Positions 29,275 to 39,892 of a stretch of 64,000 nt of DNA are shown here, piece after piece (the first letter of the stretch is position 1; each line of letters starts with the position of its first letter). Source of the stretch: an uncultured Spirochaetota bacterium (GTDB lineage Bacteria > Spirochaetota > Brevinematia > Brevinematales > JAOACQ01); NCBI GenBank assembly GCA_963835575.1, contig CAWIGG010000003.1, positions 268,480 through 332,479 on the forward strand. The letters are read 5' to 3'. The notes beneath the pieces were generated by a model. The model saw nothing but the letters and a program-made list of their open reading frames with translations. It was not told where the DNA came from and did not search any database. The position numbers were made by a program, and so were the translations under genes.

Positions 29275-30864
29275 TTATTCCATTTTTACTAACGTACAAA
29301 GGTTTTCGTTTAGTGAGCTGACCCCTATTAGATCCTTTTTTGGTTCTCCAAGATAATATCCTTGCGAGTAATCGATCCCCATCTCAAGGCATTTGTCATA
29401 AACTTCCTTTGAATGAACGAATTCCGAGATTGTCTGAAGCCCAAGCTCCATTGCGAAATTGGCGATTGTCCGGGTAATGATCTGAGAGCTTTTATCGCTG
29501 TTGATATTTTTGATAAGAGAAGAGTCGATCTTGATGTAATCTACTTTCATATGAATAAGGTGGGAAAAATTAGAATATCCGGTCCCGAAATCGTCGATCG
29601 CGATTTTGCATCCGAGGTTTTTAACATAATTGATAAATTCGATCACTTCTTTATAATTCTCAATGTCTTCAGTTTCAAGGAGTTCAAAAATTGCCCTGCA
29701 GGCAGTGTCCTTGCGGGTGTTCAGCAGTTCATAAAGATATCCGACCGTTTTTTCATCCATTATGTCGTCCAGGGAAATATTCACTGAGAATTCATAGTCA
29801 TTGTCTTTGAAAAAACCGAAGGACTTTTCCAGCATAGTCTTTGTCAGATACCTGTAAAGCCTCGCTTTCTTGGCCGTATTGATAAAATTAAGGGGTGTGA
29901 GTATATTCCCGTTCACATCGATCATCCTCATAAGGCATTCGTATTTCTCAACGTTGCCGGTATGATTATTGATAATGGGCTGGAAATACGGTACGATACG
30001 GTCACCCTTAATGGCGTTCTTAAGCATTTTTGTCCAGAAAATATTATTCTCGTATTCCTTTTCGATTTCCATGAAATCCTGGTAAACAATGAAATTTTTC
30101 CTTGATACCTTGGCTCTCTTTAAAGCCATATCGGCGTTTCTGAGAGCTTTCCTTCCGATATCCTTTATCCCGATTTCCGATATATTCCCACTCGCCGTGC
30201 CTATGCCCACACTGACATTGATATAAAATTCCATTTCCTTATAGCTAATGGGATTGGTCATAACCTCCTCGGAAAAGTATATACCCCAATATTCGAGTTC
30301 TTTTATTTCAGTTTCCTTGTTGATGAGTATCATGTATTCGTCCGCGTGCATTTTATAAAGACTGTACGGTATCCCCAGATTTAAGTCTTTGAAACGGCAT
30401 GCCAGTTCCTTGAGTATGAAATCCCCGACTTCAGTACCATAAAAATTGTTTATTTCCTGGAAACAGTCGACATTGAATATTATGACGACCGGATTGCAGC
30501 ATAAGGCCAAGTCGTCCATGAATTTCTTCCTGTTAGGAATATTCGTGAGGGGATCGGTCAGCAACTGGGCCAGAAGGTTCTTGTTTGAATCCTCGATTTT
30601 TTCAAAACTTTTCCTCAAATTCTTAGTCAACCTGTTAAAATTATCCGCAAGTTCTCCAATCCGAATGTTTTTCATCCATTTCAGAGCCATCCATATTGCG
30701 GCAATCCATTCATCTTCCGATAAATTCCACTCCCGAATGTCCGTGTAATCCGGGGGCCGCCTTAAGCGCTCCTCCAATTCCTCAATAGTTTTCCCGCTAT
30801 AACAAGCCTCCGCGAAGGCCCTGATTTGTGAATTTGATGTTTGATTTACTGCGTTATTCACCAT
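29275..30864 (-). CDS. Degenerate GGDEF plus EAL domain protein (likely c-di-GMP phosphodiesterase)
   Basis: TDPLTNIPNR, GGDEF replaced by HADEY; PYFQPI, ECLMR, IDDFGTGYSN, IKIDSS, ISEFV, SQGYY. Confidence 0.9.
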   Translation of the reverse strand: MVNNAVNQTSNSQIRAFAEACYSGKTIEELEERLRRPPDYTDIREWNLSEDEWIAAIWMALKWMKNIRIGELADNFNRLTKNLRKSFEKIEDSNKNLLAQLLTDPLTNIPNRKKFMDDLALCCNPVVIIFNVDCFQEINNFYGTEVGDFILKELACRFKDLNLGIPYSLYKMHADEYMILINKETEIKELEYWGIYFSEEVMTNPISYKEMEFYINVSVGIGTASGNISEIGIKDIGRKALRNADMALKRAKVSRKNFIVYQDFMEIEKEYENNIFWTKMLKNAIKGDRIVPYFQPIINNHTGNVEKYECLMRMIDVNGNILTPLNFINTAKKARLYRYLTKTMLEKSFGFFKDNDYEFSVNISLDDIMDEKTVGYLYELLNTRKDTACRAIFELLETEDIENYKEVIEFINYVKNLGCKIAIDDFGTGYSNFSHLIHMKVDYIKIDSSLIKNINSDKSSQIITRTIANFAMELGLQTISEFVHSKEVYDKCLEMGIDYSQGYYLGEPKKDLIGVSSLNENLCTLVKME

Positions 30865-30955
30865 ACCCCTCTTTATGATAAATCTCTATGCGATCTTTCG
30901 TAACGGATTTTCAGTTACGACAATAGGCTTTAAGCCTATTGTAATAGCACATAAA

Positions 30956-31451
30956 TTACGCAATATTTAATACACGGTGCCGGTGTTCACATTCAGCCGC
31001 AATCTCCAAAGCCGTCCAGCCGTTTTCATCCCTGGCGTAAACATTGGCATGAGCTTCGATCAATGTTTTAACGGCACCCGTTTCGCCATATTTGGTAGCA
31101 TACATCAAAGCTGTCCAGCCGTGTTTATCCACAGCATTGATATCGGCCTCAGCCGATATCAATGAATGCATTGACCATTCTTACATTGACCGCGTCCATA
31201 TGACCATTGAAGGCCGCGATCATCAAAGCCGTAACGCCGTCTTTATCCACGGCGTTGACATCGGCCCCAGCCTTGATCAATACTTTAACCGCGTCCGTTT
31301 GACCATTTGCTGTAGCAATCATTAAAACTGTCCAGCCGTGTTTATCCCTGGCGTTAACATAGGCCCCAGCTTCGACCAGGGCTCTAATCGTTTTTACATC
31401 GCCAATTTCGGCAGTTTTAATTAATGTCATATAATTCACCAAATAAATCAT
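30956..31451 (-). pseudogene. Ankyrin repeat protein, frameshifted
   Basis: VNARDKHGWT/VNAVDKDGVTALM repeats over two ORFs; short GTCAATG duplication at the junction. Confidence 0.8.
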
Positions 31452-32304
31452 TGTTAGTCAATTTTTCGTGCAAATATACTTCCATTGTAGTCGTTATCGA
31501 ATAATGCCCCAGGTATTCAGATACAGCTTTTAGTTTTCCGGTTTTATTGAGCATTACTGCAGCAAAACTATGCCTAAGATCATGTGCCGACGTTGTTTTT
31601 GCGAGTACGCGGCGGACAGTGTTTTTAATCTGAGAGCTGACATATTCGCGCTGATAGGTCTTCCCTGAACTCGTCTCAAATAGTTTATTTTTCCCATTGA
31701 AAACATTTTCAATTCTATCTAAAAGCTCGATGGGAATTTTTACAGTTCGTTCCTTCGCGCATTTGCCCAATACCCGGATTTCAGCTATATCATTAATCAG
31801 GTTTATATTTTGTATTTTCGCATTTACCATTTCAGAGACCCGGCATCCAGTCAGGAATATAAACTCAATGAATAGGGCATTTCTTTTAGAGGCCTTCGCA
31901 ATGACCTGCATATATTCAGATTCAGAAAGTATTCGATCTTTTTTAGCCATCTTTGCTGTCGATCCGACCTTCACATATTTTATTTCATTCAATGCTGTTT
32001 TAATAATCGCTTCCTGGTCGGTTCTTAAGTACAGGGATTTTAAGGTAAAAATAATCGCGGCTTTGATCCCTGCTATTTTCGCATTGATTGTCCCGGCTGG
32101 TTTTCCAGCGTCTATCAAACTCGAAATATAGGTGCGAAATGTTTCCGGCTGGATAGGTCCCATCCCGCGTGCTTCTGCAAAAGCCAGATATTTTTTTACA
32201 AATAATTTATATGCTTGAGCGGTTCTTTCATTTGCAGGTGTAAAATTCCGCATTGTTTTTAAAATTAAATTCTGGTCAAGAATAACTTTTTGATTTGACC
32301 TCAT
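31417..32304 (-). CDS. Tyrosine recombinase/integrase (XerC-like)
   Basis: TGCRVSE, GK..KER, SAHDLRHSFA, LGH, TTMEVY. Confidence 0.92.
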   Translation of the reverse strand: MRSNQKVILDQNLILKTMRNFTPANERTAQAYKLFVKKYLAFAEARGMGPIQPETFRTYISSLIDAGKPAGTINAKIAGIKAAIIFTLKSLYLRTDQEAIIKTALNEIKYVKVGSTAKMAKKDRILSESEYMQVIAKASKRNALFIEFIFLTGCRVSEMVNAKIQNINLINDIAEIRVLGKCAKERTVKIPIELLDRIENVFNGKNKLFETSSGKTYQREYVSSQIKNTVRRVLAKTTSAHDLRHSFAAVMLNKTGKLKAVSEYLGHYSITTTMEVYLHEKLTNNDLFGELYDIN

Positions 32305-32852
32305 AAAAAAAGCCTCTATATTCTTAATTTTTCTTAAGTATATATTATTTTTAGGTGCAAATCAAGGGAGTGGGGAAAGAATATTTTTAAAAATAATCGA
32401 CAGGAGACAGGCGAGTTCCACATGGCTTTGGACGGATGCGGCCAGGAACTGGGAATCTGGTATTGTCTATAAAAACATGCATGATTTTGATGGGGGGTAT
32501 ATAATGCGATATTGAAATTGAATAAGTAATTTCTCTGGTTAAGGCAATGAAATGATATAAAATGAGGAGGAATGTCATGTATAATAAGAAAGATACCGCG
32601 ACCAGGAAACCCGCTAAATAAAGAAGTACAACTTTGAAATCAGGTACGAAGAAATACGCAGCCAAATCGGAAGCCAAATATTTTTTGGACGAAATAAAAA
32701 AGCTGATGCATGAAATATGTCTGGAAAGGCAGAAAAATGGAGTTGCCGGTGATGAGATGTCCGTGCCGTCCGACTGGTTACAGAGGTTAAGAATAAGTAC
32801 AAAAGAAAAAAGGGTAGTTCGTAGTACTTATTGTATTTTGAGGATTTGCATA

Positions 32853-33158
32853 ATGGATTATAAATTTGAAGAAAAGCGGAGAGATGAGAGGAAACTTTTT
32901 ATATTGGATACCGAATATGAGTTAAAAGGGATCTTATGTCCGTGCCAAATTATTGATATATCATCTCAAGGCATAAAAATGAGAGTAAAAGGGATTCTTA
33001 TGGCTGGGGACAACATAAAAATATCATTTGATAAACATACTATTACTGCAAAAGTCGTCAGGGTTGATGGAAATATTGTTGGGGTTATGTTTGAGCAGTT
33101 ATCGAATGAAGAACTGGATTATATCATGAATTTAAAAACATTCCAAAACTTATTATAA
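32853..33158 (+). CDS. PilZ-domain protein
   Basis: EKRRDER and DISSQG c-di-GMP-binding motifs; start placed at the ATG after GAGG. Confidence 0.85.
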   Translation: MDYKFEEKRRDERKLFILDTEYELKGILCPCQIIDISSQGIKMRVKGILMAGDNIKISFDKHTITAKVVRVDGNIVGVMFEQLSNEELDYIMNLKTFQNLL

Positions 33159-33229
33159 GAATTCAATAACAATGTAAATTCTATTGACTAATATCTGGAT
33201 AGAGGGGTAAGATATTAAAAGGAAAAACC

Positions 33230-34060
33230 ATGAATGTTTTAATCTACACACAATCATACTATGCCAGGAAAACATTTATCAGCGCTTTATTACCGTTTGG
33301 TATAACATTATATCACACAGAACAATCTGAAAATCTGATTAACAAAATTCAACAGCATCTGCCTGAAATAATAGTCCTGGATGTTATTAAGGAAGATTTT
33401 GCTGCCGTATTTGAACTCGTAAGAAAAATAAAAAACCATCCTTCAGAAGAAGCGAAAAAATCAGCCATAATTCTTCTTATTGGCTCTATTGATAAGCAAG
33501 CAATTACATCTGCAATACAGGTCGGCGTTATCGGATTTATAAAGAGCAATGAAACAGAAGATTTTGTTTATAAATATATTATGAACATTTATCAAAAAGT
33601 CCGGGGTATCCCGCCTGAAAGAAAATTTGTCCGGGTTATAATCGATCCTAATGATAGCATTGGCATTAAATTCCGTTCGCCGGTTAATTCACAGTTGATT
33701 ATCGGTCGGGTAAAGGATATCAGCCTGGGTGGTCTAGGTGTTGAACTGGTTGGCACATTTCCTTCGGATTCAATAACTATTGGATCAGTGATAAAAAACA
33801 TGCAGTTCATTTTAGATGGGAAGGAAATATTTATAGATGGAGTTGTGGTTGCTTACCAGAAAAACTTCTGTGCTTTTCTGTTTAAGGACATGACTGCAGA
33901 GATCAGAGAATCCATTTCTCAGTTTGTTTTTAAGAAGATTTCTAGTATTGAAGAAGAGAATAAAGTTGGGCAAGAAGGGACAGGCGCTGGCAAGGATTCC
34001 GGAAACCAGGATAATTCCCAAGGACAGAATAAAGTTGAGCAGGAACCAGGTAGTAATTAA
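33230..34060 (+). CDS. Atypical receiver domain plus PilZ domain protein
   Basis: PEIIVLD...GFIK (REC-like, acidic pocket absent); ERKFVR and DISLGG. Confidence 0.75.
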   Translation: MNVLIYTQSYYARKTFISALLPFGITLYHTEQSENLINKIQQHLPEIIVLDVIKEDFAAVFELVRKIKNHPSEEAKKSAIILLIGSIDKQAITSAIQVGVIGFIKSNETEDFVYKYIMNIYQKVRGIPPERKFVRVIIDPNDSIGIKFRSPVNSQLIIGRVKDISLGGLGVELVGTFPSDSITIGSVIKNMQFILDGKEIFIDGVVVAYQKNFCAFLFKDMTAEIRESISQFVFKKISSIEEENKVGQEGTGAGKDSGNQDNSQGQNKVEQEPGSN

Positions 34061-34226
34061 TAGGCCAGTGACGGGTATAAGTATCTTACAGGAATATTTA
34101 GTGATAGATAATTTATGATTACATAACGTTCTATGCAATAAAGATATACTACAAATTGGGACGAATTACTGACGCGCGGTTTAAAAAGAATATTTAAATC
34201 GGTTAAAACAATATTGGGATGATTAT

Positions 34227-34520
34227 ATGAGGCGCAAAAAAATAAATGAAACGGATATTATTGATAATATTATCTTTGATCAAGAAAACTTAAAAATGAG
34301 TATAAAAAAAAAGGAAATCCATATAATTGTTAATAAATTCCTTAATAATCTCCGGGCCTCTATAGAAAATCTTAAATATGGGGAAAGGATCGAACTAAGA
34401 AGATTTGGTACATTCGGAATTAAAAGACTGAAGCCTAAGTATTTAAGAGCAGTCTGTAACTTTCCTTATTTCAAAGCAGGTTTTGGGATGAAGATTAATG
34501 TTTGTTCTGGGAAAAATTAG
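34227..34520 (+). CDS. HU/IHF-family DNA-binding protein (divergent)
   Basis: GERIELRRFGTFGIK...PYFKAG. Confidence 0.7.
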   Translation: MRRKKINETDIIDNIIFDQENLKMSIKKKEIHIIVNKFLNNLRASIENLKYGERIELRRFGTFGIKRLKPKYLRAVCNFPYFKAGFGMKINVCSGKN

Positions 34521-34640
34521 AAATATATTTGAATCAGACTATGAAAAAACATATACTGCATCGTTTGATACTAATGATAATTTTATATGGGAAAGATTTG
34601 TAATTTTGACAAAATAATAATAGTGTATTTTTTATATTAT

Positions 34641-35924
34641 GGGCGGTTTTAAAAACCGCCTAATTTATCAACATTTCCCTGATAATAGAAAATATTTTCA
34701 AAATATTTCTGCCAACAGGTTAAAAACTGTTTCTATTACCAAAATTCAGCCAAACACGGGCAATATTATCCATATCTTCTGTATTTTAAGCCGCACAAGA
34801 CGCAATTCGACCTTTTACCACAACATACCGTGCTAAATTATAAACCAGATTCATCAGCCCGATTTGGCTCTCTGCCCTTTCTTTTCCTATCGATCGTATT
34901 GTACTGCCGTTCATACTATTTTCAACAAAACCAAAAACATGCTCAACACGAACACGGATGCGGCTCTTTCTTCTATTTTTTTCTTTCTGCTTCTCCGTCA
35001 ATGGCTTATTTCTGTATCCTTTTTCGTGAATCCGGTTTTTCATCTCAAATTTTTCTAATATTCCTGCTACCGTTGGGCCAACATATGCGCTGTCCGCGTA
35101 AAACGGCTTCCCTTTGTCTTTCTCATTCAATAGAGGTTCAACTACCTGTGAATCGTGAACGCTCGCATCTGTCGTGACATAAGAACGAATAAGTTTTGAC
35201 TTCACATCAACCTTTGTATGGTTTTTGTATCCGTAATGCCTCTCTTTATTCTTGGTCATCCAGCGCGCATCCGTGTCTTTATGGGAAAGCTTATGCGTAT
35301 TATCTTTCCAATCTTCCGGAACCTCGCCTTCTTTTATTTTCTTGTTTTCTTCGCGGCTGTTCCTCTGCCGGGGAACATCCACAAAACTTGCGTCTACCAT
35401 AACGCCCGCTTTCCCTATCACACCTTTATTCTCAAGATTCTCATCGAATATTTTAAAAAGTTTCTCTATTGCTTTCGCTTTCATCAGTTTTTCCTTGAAT
35501 TCCCAGATTTTACTGTAGTCCGGAACTTTGTCCGAAAGTGTTATCCCAAGATATCGCTGAACGGATAACCTGTCATTGATCTGAAATTCCGCTTGCTCAT
35601 CGGAAAGATTGTAATACCTCTGGAATATCAGTATCTTGAACATGAAAACATAGTCATAATGTGGCGCTCCGCCCGGCGTCTTCTGCTCTTTCGGCGCCAA
35701 AATCTCTGTTAACAGCGGCCGGAACATCTCAAAGTCTACAACTCTGTTAAGCTTATCCAGCGGTGTTTTTACGCCGCTTAGCTTTTCCATCCGCTCCTGA
35801 TATTCAAACAAGTTACGGTCTTTCCGCTTAATTTTTGTCATAGCCTTACCTCTGTTTTCTTTGACTATGATTATATGTTTTTATATACTATTTGTATATG
35901 ATACGTGGGTTTTTCAAACCGCCC
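34641..35924 (-). mobile_element. IS5-family element copy 1 (1284 bp)
   Basis: Ends GGGCGGTTTTAAAAACC / GGTTTTTCAAACCGCCC; near-identical to 55381-56664. Confidence 0.93.
34786..35841 (-). CDS. IS5-family transposase
   Basis: YNLSDEQAE...DRLS, MVDASFV, DTDARW, YGYKNH, ADSAY, RVRVEHVFG. Confidence 0.95.
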   Translation of the reverse strand: MTKIKRKDRNLFEYQERMEKLSGVKTPLDKLNRVVDFEMFRPLLTEILAPKEQKTPGGAPHYDYVFMFKILIFQRYYNLSDEQAEFQINDRLSVQRYLGITLSDKVPDYSKIWEFKEKLMKAKAIEKLFKIFDENLENKGVIGKAGVMVDASFVDVPRQRNSREENKKIKEGEVPEDWKDNTHKLSHKDTDARWMTKNKERHYGYKNHTKVDVKSKLIRSYVTTDASVHDSQVVEPLLNEKDKGKPFYADSAYVGPTVAGILEKFEMKNRIHEKGYRNKPLTEKQKEKNRRKSRIRVRVEHVFGFVENSMNGSTIRSIGKERAESQIGLMNLVYNLARYVVVKGRIASCAA

Positions 35925-35926
35925 AT

Positions 35927-36078
35927 AAGCAATGAGTTTTTCGGTCAGGTGAACAGCGGCTTCCTTTTTTTCAAACATGATTTCCTCCTCGGATTAGAGA
36001 AATGCATTGATGTTTTAAGATGTGAAAATTGGCCTAATCTTCTATGGGACAATGATTTTTAACCTGATATTATAACGC
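35927..36078. repeat. Direct repeat A (promoter plus gene start on the minus strand)
   Basis: Homologous to ~55190-55345; identical 36-bp core GATGTGAAAATTGGCCTAATCTTCTATGGGACAATG. Confidence 0.8.
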
Positions 36079-36202
36079 ATTTTCTTCTTTTTAGCAAAGA
36101 ATCGGCAAGTTCGCTCAAACCGGTTAGAGGCAATTGGACGGGTGCTTTTCATTTTATTAAATTAGAGTTGACTTAATATCCTGGAATAGTGAGGAGGGAA
36201 AA

Positions 36203-36502
36203 ATGCTGGCGAGTTTCTCGATCATTCCAATCGGAACCGGTAATGAGCTCAAGGATAAAGTAGCGGAAATCATTAAAATTGTGGATCAATCCGGCGTCCG
36301 TTACAGGCTGGGACCGATGGAAACAACGATCGAAGGGGAAGAAGAAATAATACTGCCTCTGATCATGAAATGCCATCACAAAATGCGCGAACTGGCCCCC
36401 AGGGTGCTGACCAGTATCGTCATCGACGACCATAAAGGCAGGAAGGACCGCCTGGAGGGTAAAGTGAACAATGTCATCGAGATATTGAAGAAAATAAAAT
36501 AA
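36203..36502 (+). CDS. MTH1187/YkoF thiamine-binding family protein
   Basis: SFSIIPIGTG...YRLGPMETTIEG...RVLTSIVIDD. Confidence 0.85.
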   Translation: MLASFSIIPIGTGNELKDKVAEIIKIVDQSGVRYRLGPMETTIEGEEEIILPLIMKCHHKMRELAPRVLTSIVIDDHKGRKDRLEGKVNNVIEILKKIK

Positions 36503-36597
36503 CAAGTCAAACGCTTCCAATATCAATGCTGCTTTGCAGGATGTTCTAACGGTTTTTTTGCACCTTTCCAGCAAAACCCGGCGCTGTAAAAACCATA

Positions 36598-37485
36598 TCA
36601 AGTCCTTTTTTTTATTTCATTCAGGAAAATTTCGGCACTTTCAAATATCATATTATCCGCTTTTTGAATTTCATTTTTTCTTTGAGAGATGTTTTGCTCT
36701 GCCATTCTTTCAATATCGGAAATATTGTAAAGGTCTATTCCGGGCCGGTTTGCAATCCTTTCATCGACATCACGCGGCACCGCAAGATCAATGATCAACA
36801 TTTTTTTATTCCGCGGAAAATGATCTTCATGAACTATAAGGTGCGGGGCTGATGTCGCAGATATAAGGATATCTGTTTCTTTTAATGTCTGGCGTAATTC
36901 AGAGAGCGGAAACGCCGCGCAATTCATCTGCCGGGCAAGTTCGTTCGCCTTATCAAAAGTCTTATTGCCGACCAGGATCATTCCGGCCCCTTTTTTCATT
37001 AAATACCGTAAAATGGTTTTATTGAGATTGTTGATCCCTATAATTGTTATCCGGCATTTTTTCAAATCAATCCCGAGTTTTTTTATCAATTCGACGGCGG
37101 CAAGGCTGTGAGAGGGTGCGCCCTTTGAAATCCCTGTTTCAGCGCGGACCCTTTTCCCGGTATGTAAGGCCGCCTGGAACATCATATTTAAGTATTTGGA
37201 CACTTTTCCCCGCGCTAATGAGAAAAGGTAAGCGGTTTTTACCTGATGGAGGATCTGGTTTTCGCCCAAAAGCGGGGATTCCAGTCCGGCAGCCAGACGG
37301 AATAAATGGAACACGGTTTTTTTGTCGGGATAATACGGCTTTTGATCGTCGTCTTCATACAGTTCCACCCGGTCGCATGTGCTGATCAGTACATAATGTG
37401 CCGGAAGCCTTGTCAATACCTGCCGGTAAAACTTTTCACGCTCCGTTATACTGTGCCGGGCGTCTTTATAGTCATGCCGGATCAT
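36598..37485 (-). CDS. hemA: Glutamyl-tRNA reductase (short form)
   Basis: STCDRVELY, HLFRLAAGLES..LGENQILHQVK, ISATSAPH, IDLAVPRDV. Confidence 0.9.
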   Translation of the reverse strand: MIRHDYKDARHSITEREKFYRQVLTRLPAHYVLISTCDRVELYEDDDQKPYYPDKKTVFHLFRLAAGLESPLLGENQILHQVKTAYLFSLARGKVSKYLNMMFQAALHTGKRVRAETGISKGAPSHSLAAVELIKKLGIDLKKCRITIIGINNLNKTILRYLMKKGAGMILVGNKTFDKANELARQMNCAAFPLSELRQTLKETDILISATSAPHLIVHEDHFPRNKKMLIIDLAVPRDVDERIANRPGIDLYNISDIERMAEQNISQRKNEIQKADNMIFESAEIFLNEIKKRT

Positions 37486-37936
37486 CGGATAATGCCTCCC
37501 TGATTTTATTCCGCCATTCCACGCTTTTTTTCACGTCCCGGCCGTTGGATGAAACGGCAACGCTCATAGGGCCTTCTTTATATATGGCCGGGGAAATAAA
37601 GCCGGACAATTCCGGATCGTCGCAGACATTGACGGGAATGCCTTTGGCCTTTGCGTCTTTCGAAATCCCGGCATTGGTCACTTTATCATTCGTGCAGGCA
37701 TAAACTAGATGAAATCCTATAAGATCGCCGGGCTCATATGCTTTTTCAATGATCCTGTATCCGGCCTTCCTGATTTCATCGCAAACGCAGAGGGCAACTA
37801 TGGTTATTCTGGCGGTATACTGCCTGATTGTCTGTATTTTATGAAAAGACGCGGGCCCTCCGCCGACAATAAGAATATTTTTATCTGTTATATCCAGGCA
37901 GACTGGCATGAAAATTTTATCAGGACTTTGTCTCAT
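37472..37936 (-). CDS. Precorrin-2 dehydrogenase/sirohydrochlorin ferrochelatase (CysG N-terminal/SirC-like)
   Basis: ILIVGGG, VYACTND..TN, VNVCDDPE..FISPA, VAVSSNG. Confidence 0.88.
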   Translation of the reverse strand: MRQSPDKIFMPVCLDITDKNILIVGGGPASFHKIQTIRQYTARITIVALCVCDEIRKAGYRIIEKAYEPGDLIGFHLVYACTNDKVTNAGISKDAKAKGIPVNVCDDPELSGFISPAIYKEGPMSVAVSSNGRDVKKSVEWRNKIREALSDDPA

Positions 37937-38217
37937 ATTTGATACTCCGTGACGATGTCCTTCTTTGTCAGCAGATCCAATATACCGTCTATAATTTTTT
38001 CCGGGGGGCATGAAAGGTCAAAAGACATATCCACGGTATAACGCTCAAAATTGCTTTTTCCTATATTGATGACAAGGATCTCATTCGGGGCGTTCAGGAT
38101 TTTAAGCTTTTCCAGGTCATAATCATCCAGATCGCTTAATGAACTGATAAAGATAAATCCCGCATCGGTCAATATTTTAGAAAGCTCGCCCAGCCGTCTT
38201 AACATTTCTTCCCTATC

Positions 38218-39892
38218 TTGCCTGTCGGTTATTTCATTTTCGGAGTCAAACCAGCCCCTTACAATAAGCGGGCAAATAAAAATTTTGTCAGCTTAGCTGA
38301 TTTTAATAATAAATTTCGAATAATCGATACTCAGACTATACAAAATCCTCTCTATTTTCTCAAATATTGGGCATATTTCATAAAATTATGCGCAAGGGAT
38401 ACCCAGCATAGCTCCAAATTCACTTTCCGTTGACCTCTGTAAACTGTCTGAACATAACCCTTCTGTGTTTTGATGTTTGAAAATACGTGTTCTTTACCTA
38501 TCCTGCGGTTGTATATCTTTTGCCCTTCTTCGCTGTAAAGTTTTGTTAAATAAGCATCAATCTTAGACCGATTATTCAATTCAAACTCACTGAAAATTAC
38601 TGTCTTTTGCTGTGTTTTCGGTTTGATGTTTTTATAACACTCACTGAAAAATGGACATCTTTCACAGCCCTTCCGTGAATACAAAAATGTATATCTTTGG
38701 TTATTTCGATCTAAATACCCATTTTCCTTACGGCCGCCCCGGCATCCCAGGATATATTCGTCATCAATCTTTTCCAGTTTAAAGTCTCTTCGCTTCTGTG
38801 ATTTATCACTGAAATCCCGCTCTTTCGTATCCACATAAAGGTCTTTTCCTTCCTCCACCATCCGGATTGTCTCTTCCATGTCCTGAAAACCCGAATCAAA
38901 AAGGTATTTGCTAGCCTTATCAACTTTTAATTCCGCTTTTTTCTGTTCCACCCTCTTTACCATTTCTTCCGTATGCTGTTTTTCCGGTGTTGTGATTGCT
39001 TCAAAATCTATAATCACATCATTATTACTGACCATCATCGCCGAATTATATCCCTGTATAAACACACTATGCGGATTTCCAGACATCAGCTTGCTTTCGG
39101 GATCAGTCAGGTTGGTGAATTCTTCGTCTGTCTTTTCCCCTCTCTCTACCTGTTTTTTGTATTCATCGATTTGGTTCAAAACACTATCGTAAATCTTTTT
39201 CCGCCTTGATACCCGCTTCTTCTCCGCTTCGTAATAAGGCTGCTCCAGCTTGCCTTCCCGGTAAGATTCTTCCAGTTCCAGGTCTTGTTTCACAATCTTT
39301 TCCGCCATCTTCTGGTAAGTGTCCATCAGCTTCCGGGTATGTTTCTTTCCCACATTCTTATTCTTACTCGCGTAGGCCTTGATCTTTGTGCCGTCACCCA
39401 CTACCATGTCCCAATCTATAGACCCCATTTCGTTGAGTATATATAAAAGCTGGCTGAACAACTCCTCGATCTTTTCCTGAAAAAGTACCTTGAACTCGCA
39501 AATTACCGAATGGTCAATTTTCAGCCGGTTTGAAACATACATAAACCCAATGTGTTTTTTCAGCAAATCTTCTATCTTTCGGCTGATACGATTTCCCGTA
39601 ATGTAACCGTAGAGTACCGCACAGATCACATCCCGAGGATTTTTAATCTCTCTGCCTCTATGGTCGTTCTTATAGTAAGCCGCGAAATCCTCCAGTTTAA
39701 TACGGTTTTTGATGAATTCTTTTAGTATAAATTCTCTGGAATTCTCATCAAACTGCTCGCCTATATTGATCGCGAGGAACTCACCCTGCTCCAGGCTGTT
39801 CTTTTCAAATCTTGCCATCTTTTTCTCCCGTTTTATTTTAACGGGAACCCTGCCGTATGTCCATGAAGCATGTTATAAAAACCGACAGGCAA
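38218..39892 (-). mobile_element. IS1182-family element (1675 bp)
   Basis: 13-bp IR TTGCCTGTCGGTT / AACCGACAGGCAA; 4-bp TSD TATC at 38214-38217 and 39893-39896. Confidence 0.9.
38352..39818 (-). CDS. IS1182-family transposase
   Basis: SRKIE, DHSVICEF, DGTKIKA, TDPES, QGYN, DSGF, CERCPF, EHVFSNIK. Confidence 0.9.
   Translation of the reverse strand: MARFEKNSLEQGEFLAINIGEQFDENSREFILKEFIKNRIKLEDFAAYYKNDHRGREIKNPRDVICAVLYGYITGNRISRKIEDLLKKHIGFMYVSNRLKIDHSVICEFKVLFQEKIEELFSQLLYILNEMGSIDWDMVVGDGTKIKAYASKNKNVGKKHTRKLMDTYQKMAEKIVKQDLELEESYREGKLEQPYYEAEKKRVSRRKKIYDSVLNQIDEYKKQVERGEKTDEEFTNLTDPESKLMSGNPHSVFIQGYNSAMMVSNNDVIIDFEAITTPEKQHTEEMVKRVEQKKAELKVDKASKYLFDSGFQDMEETIRMVEEGKDLYVDTKERDFSDKSQKRRDFKLEKIDDEYILGCRGGRKENGYLDRNNQRYTFLYSRKGCERCPFFSECYKNIKPKTQQKTVIFSEFELNNRSKIDAYLTKLYSEEGQKIYNRRIGKEHVFSNIKTQKGYVQTVYRGQRKVNLELCWVSLAHNFMKYAQYLRK

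Noticed and set aside
32634..32852. Long N-terminal extension of the PilZ ORF as a true fusion
   Set aside because: Better explained by a decayed DUF2934-like remnant; the PilZ gene has its own RBS and ATG at 32853
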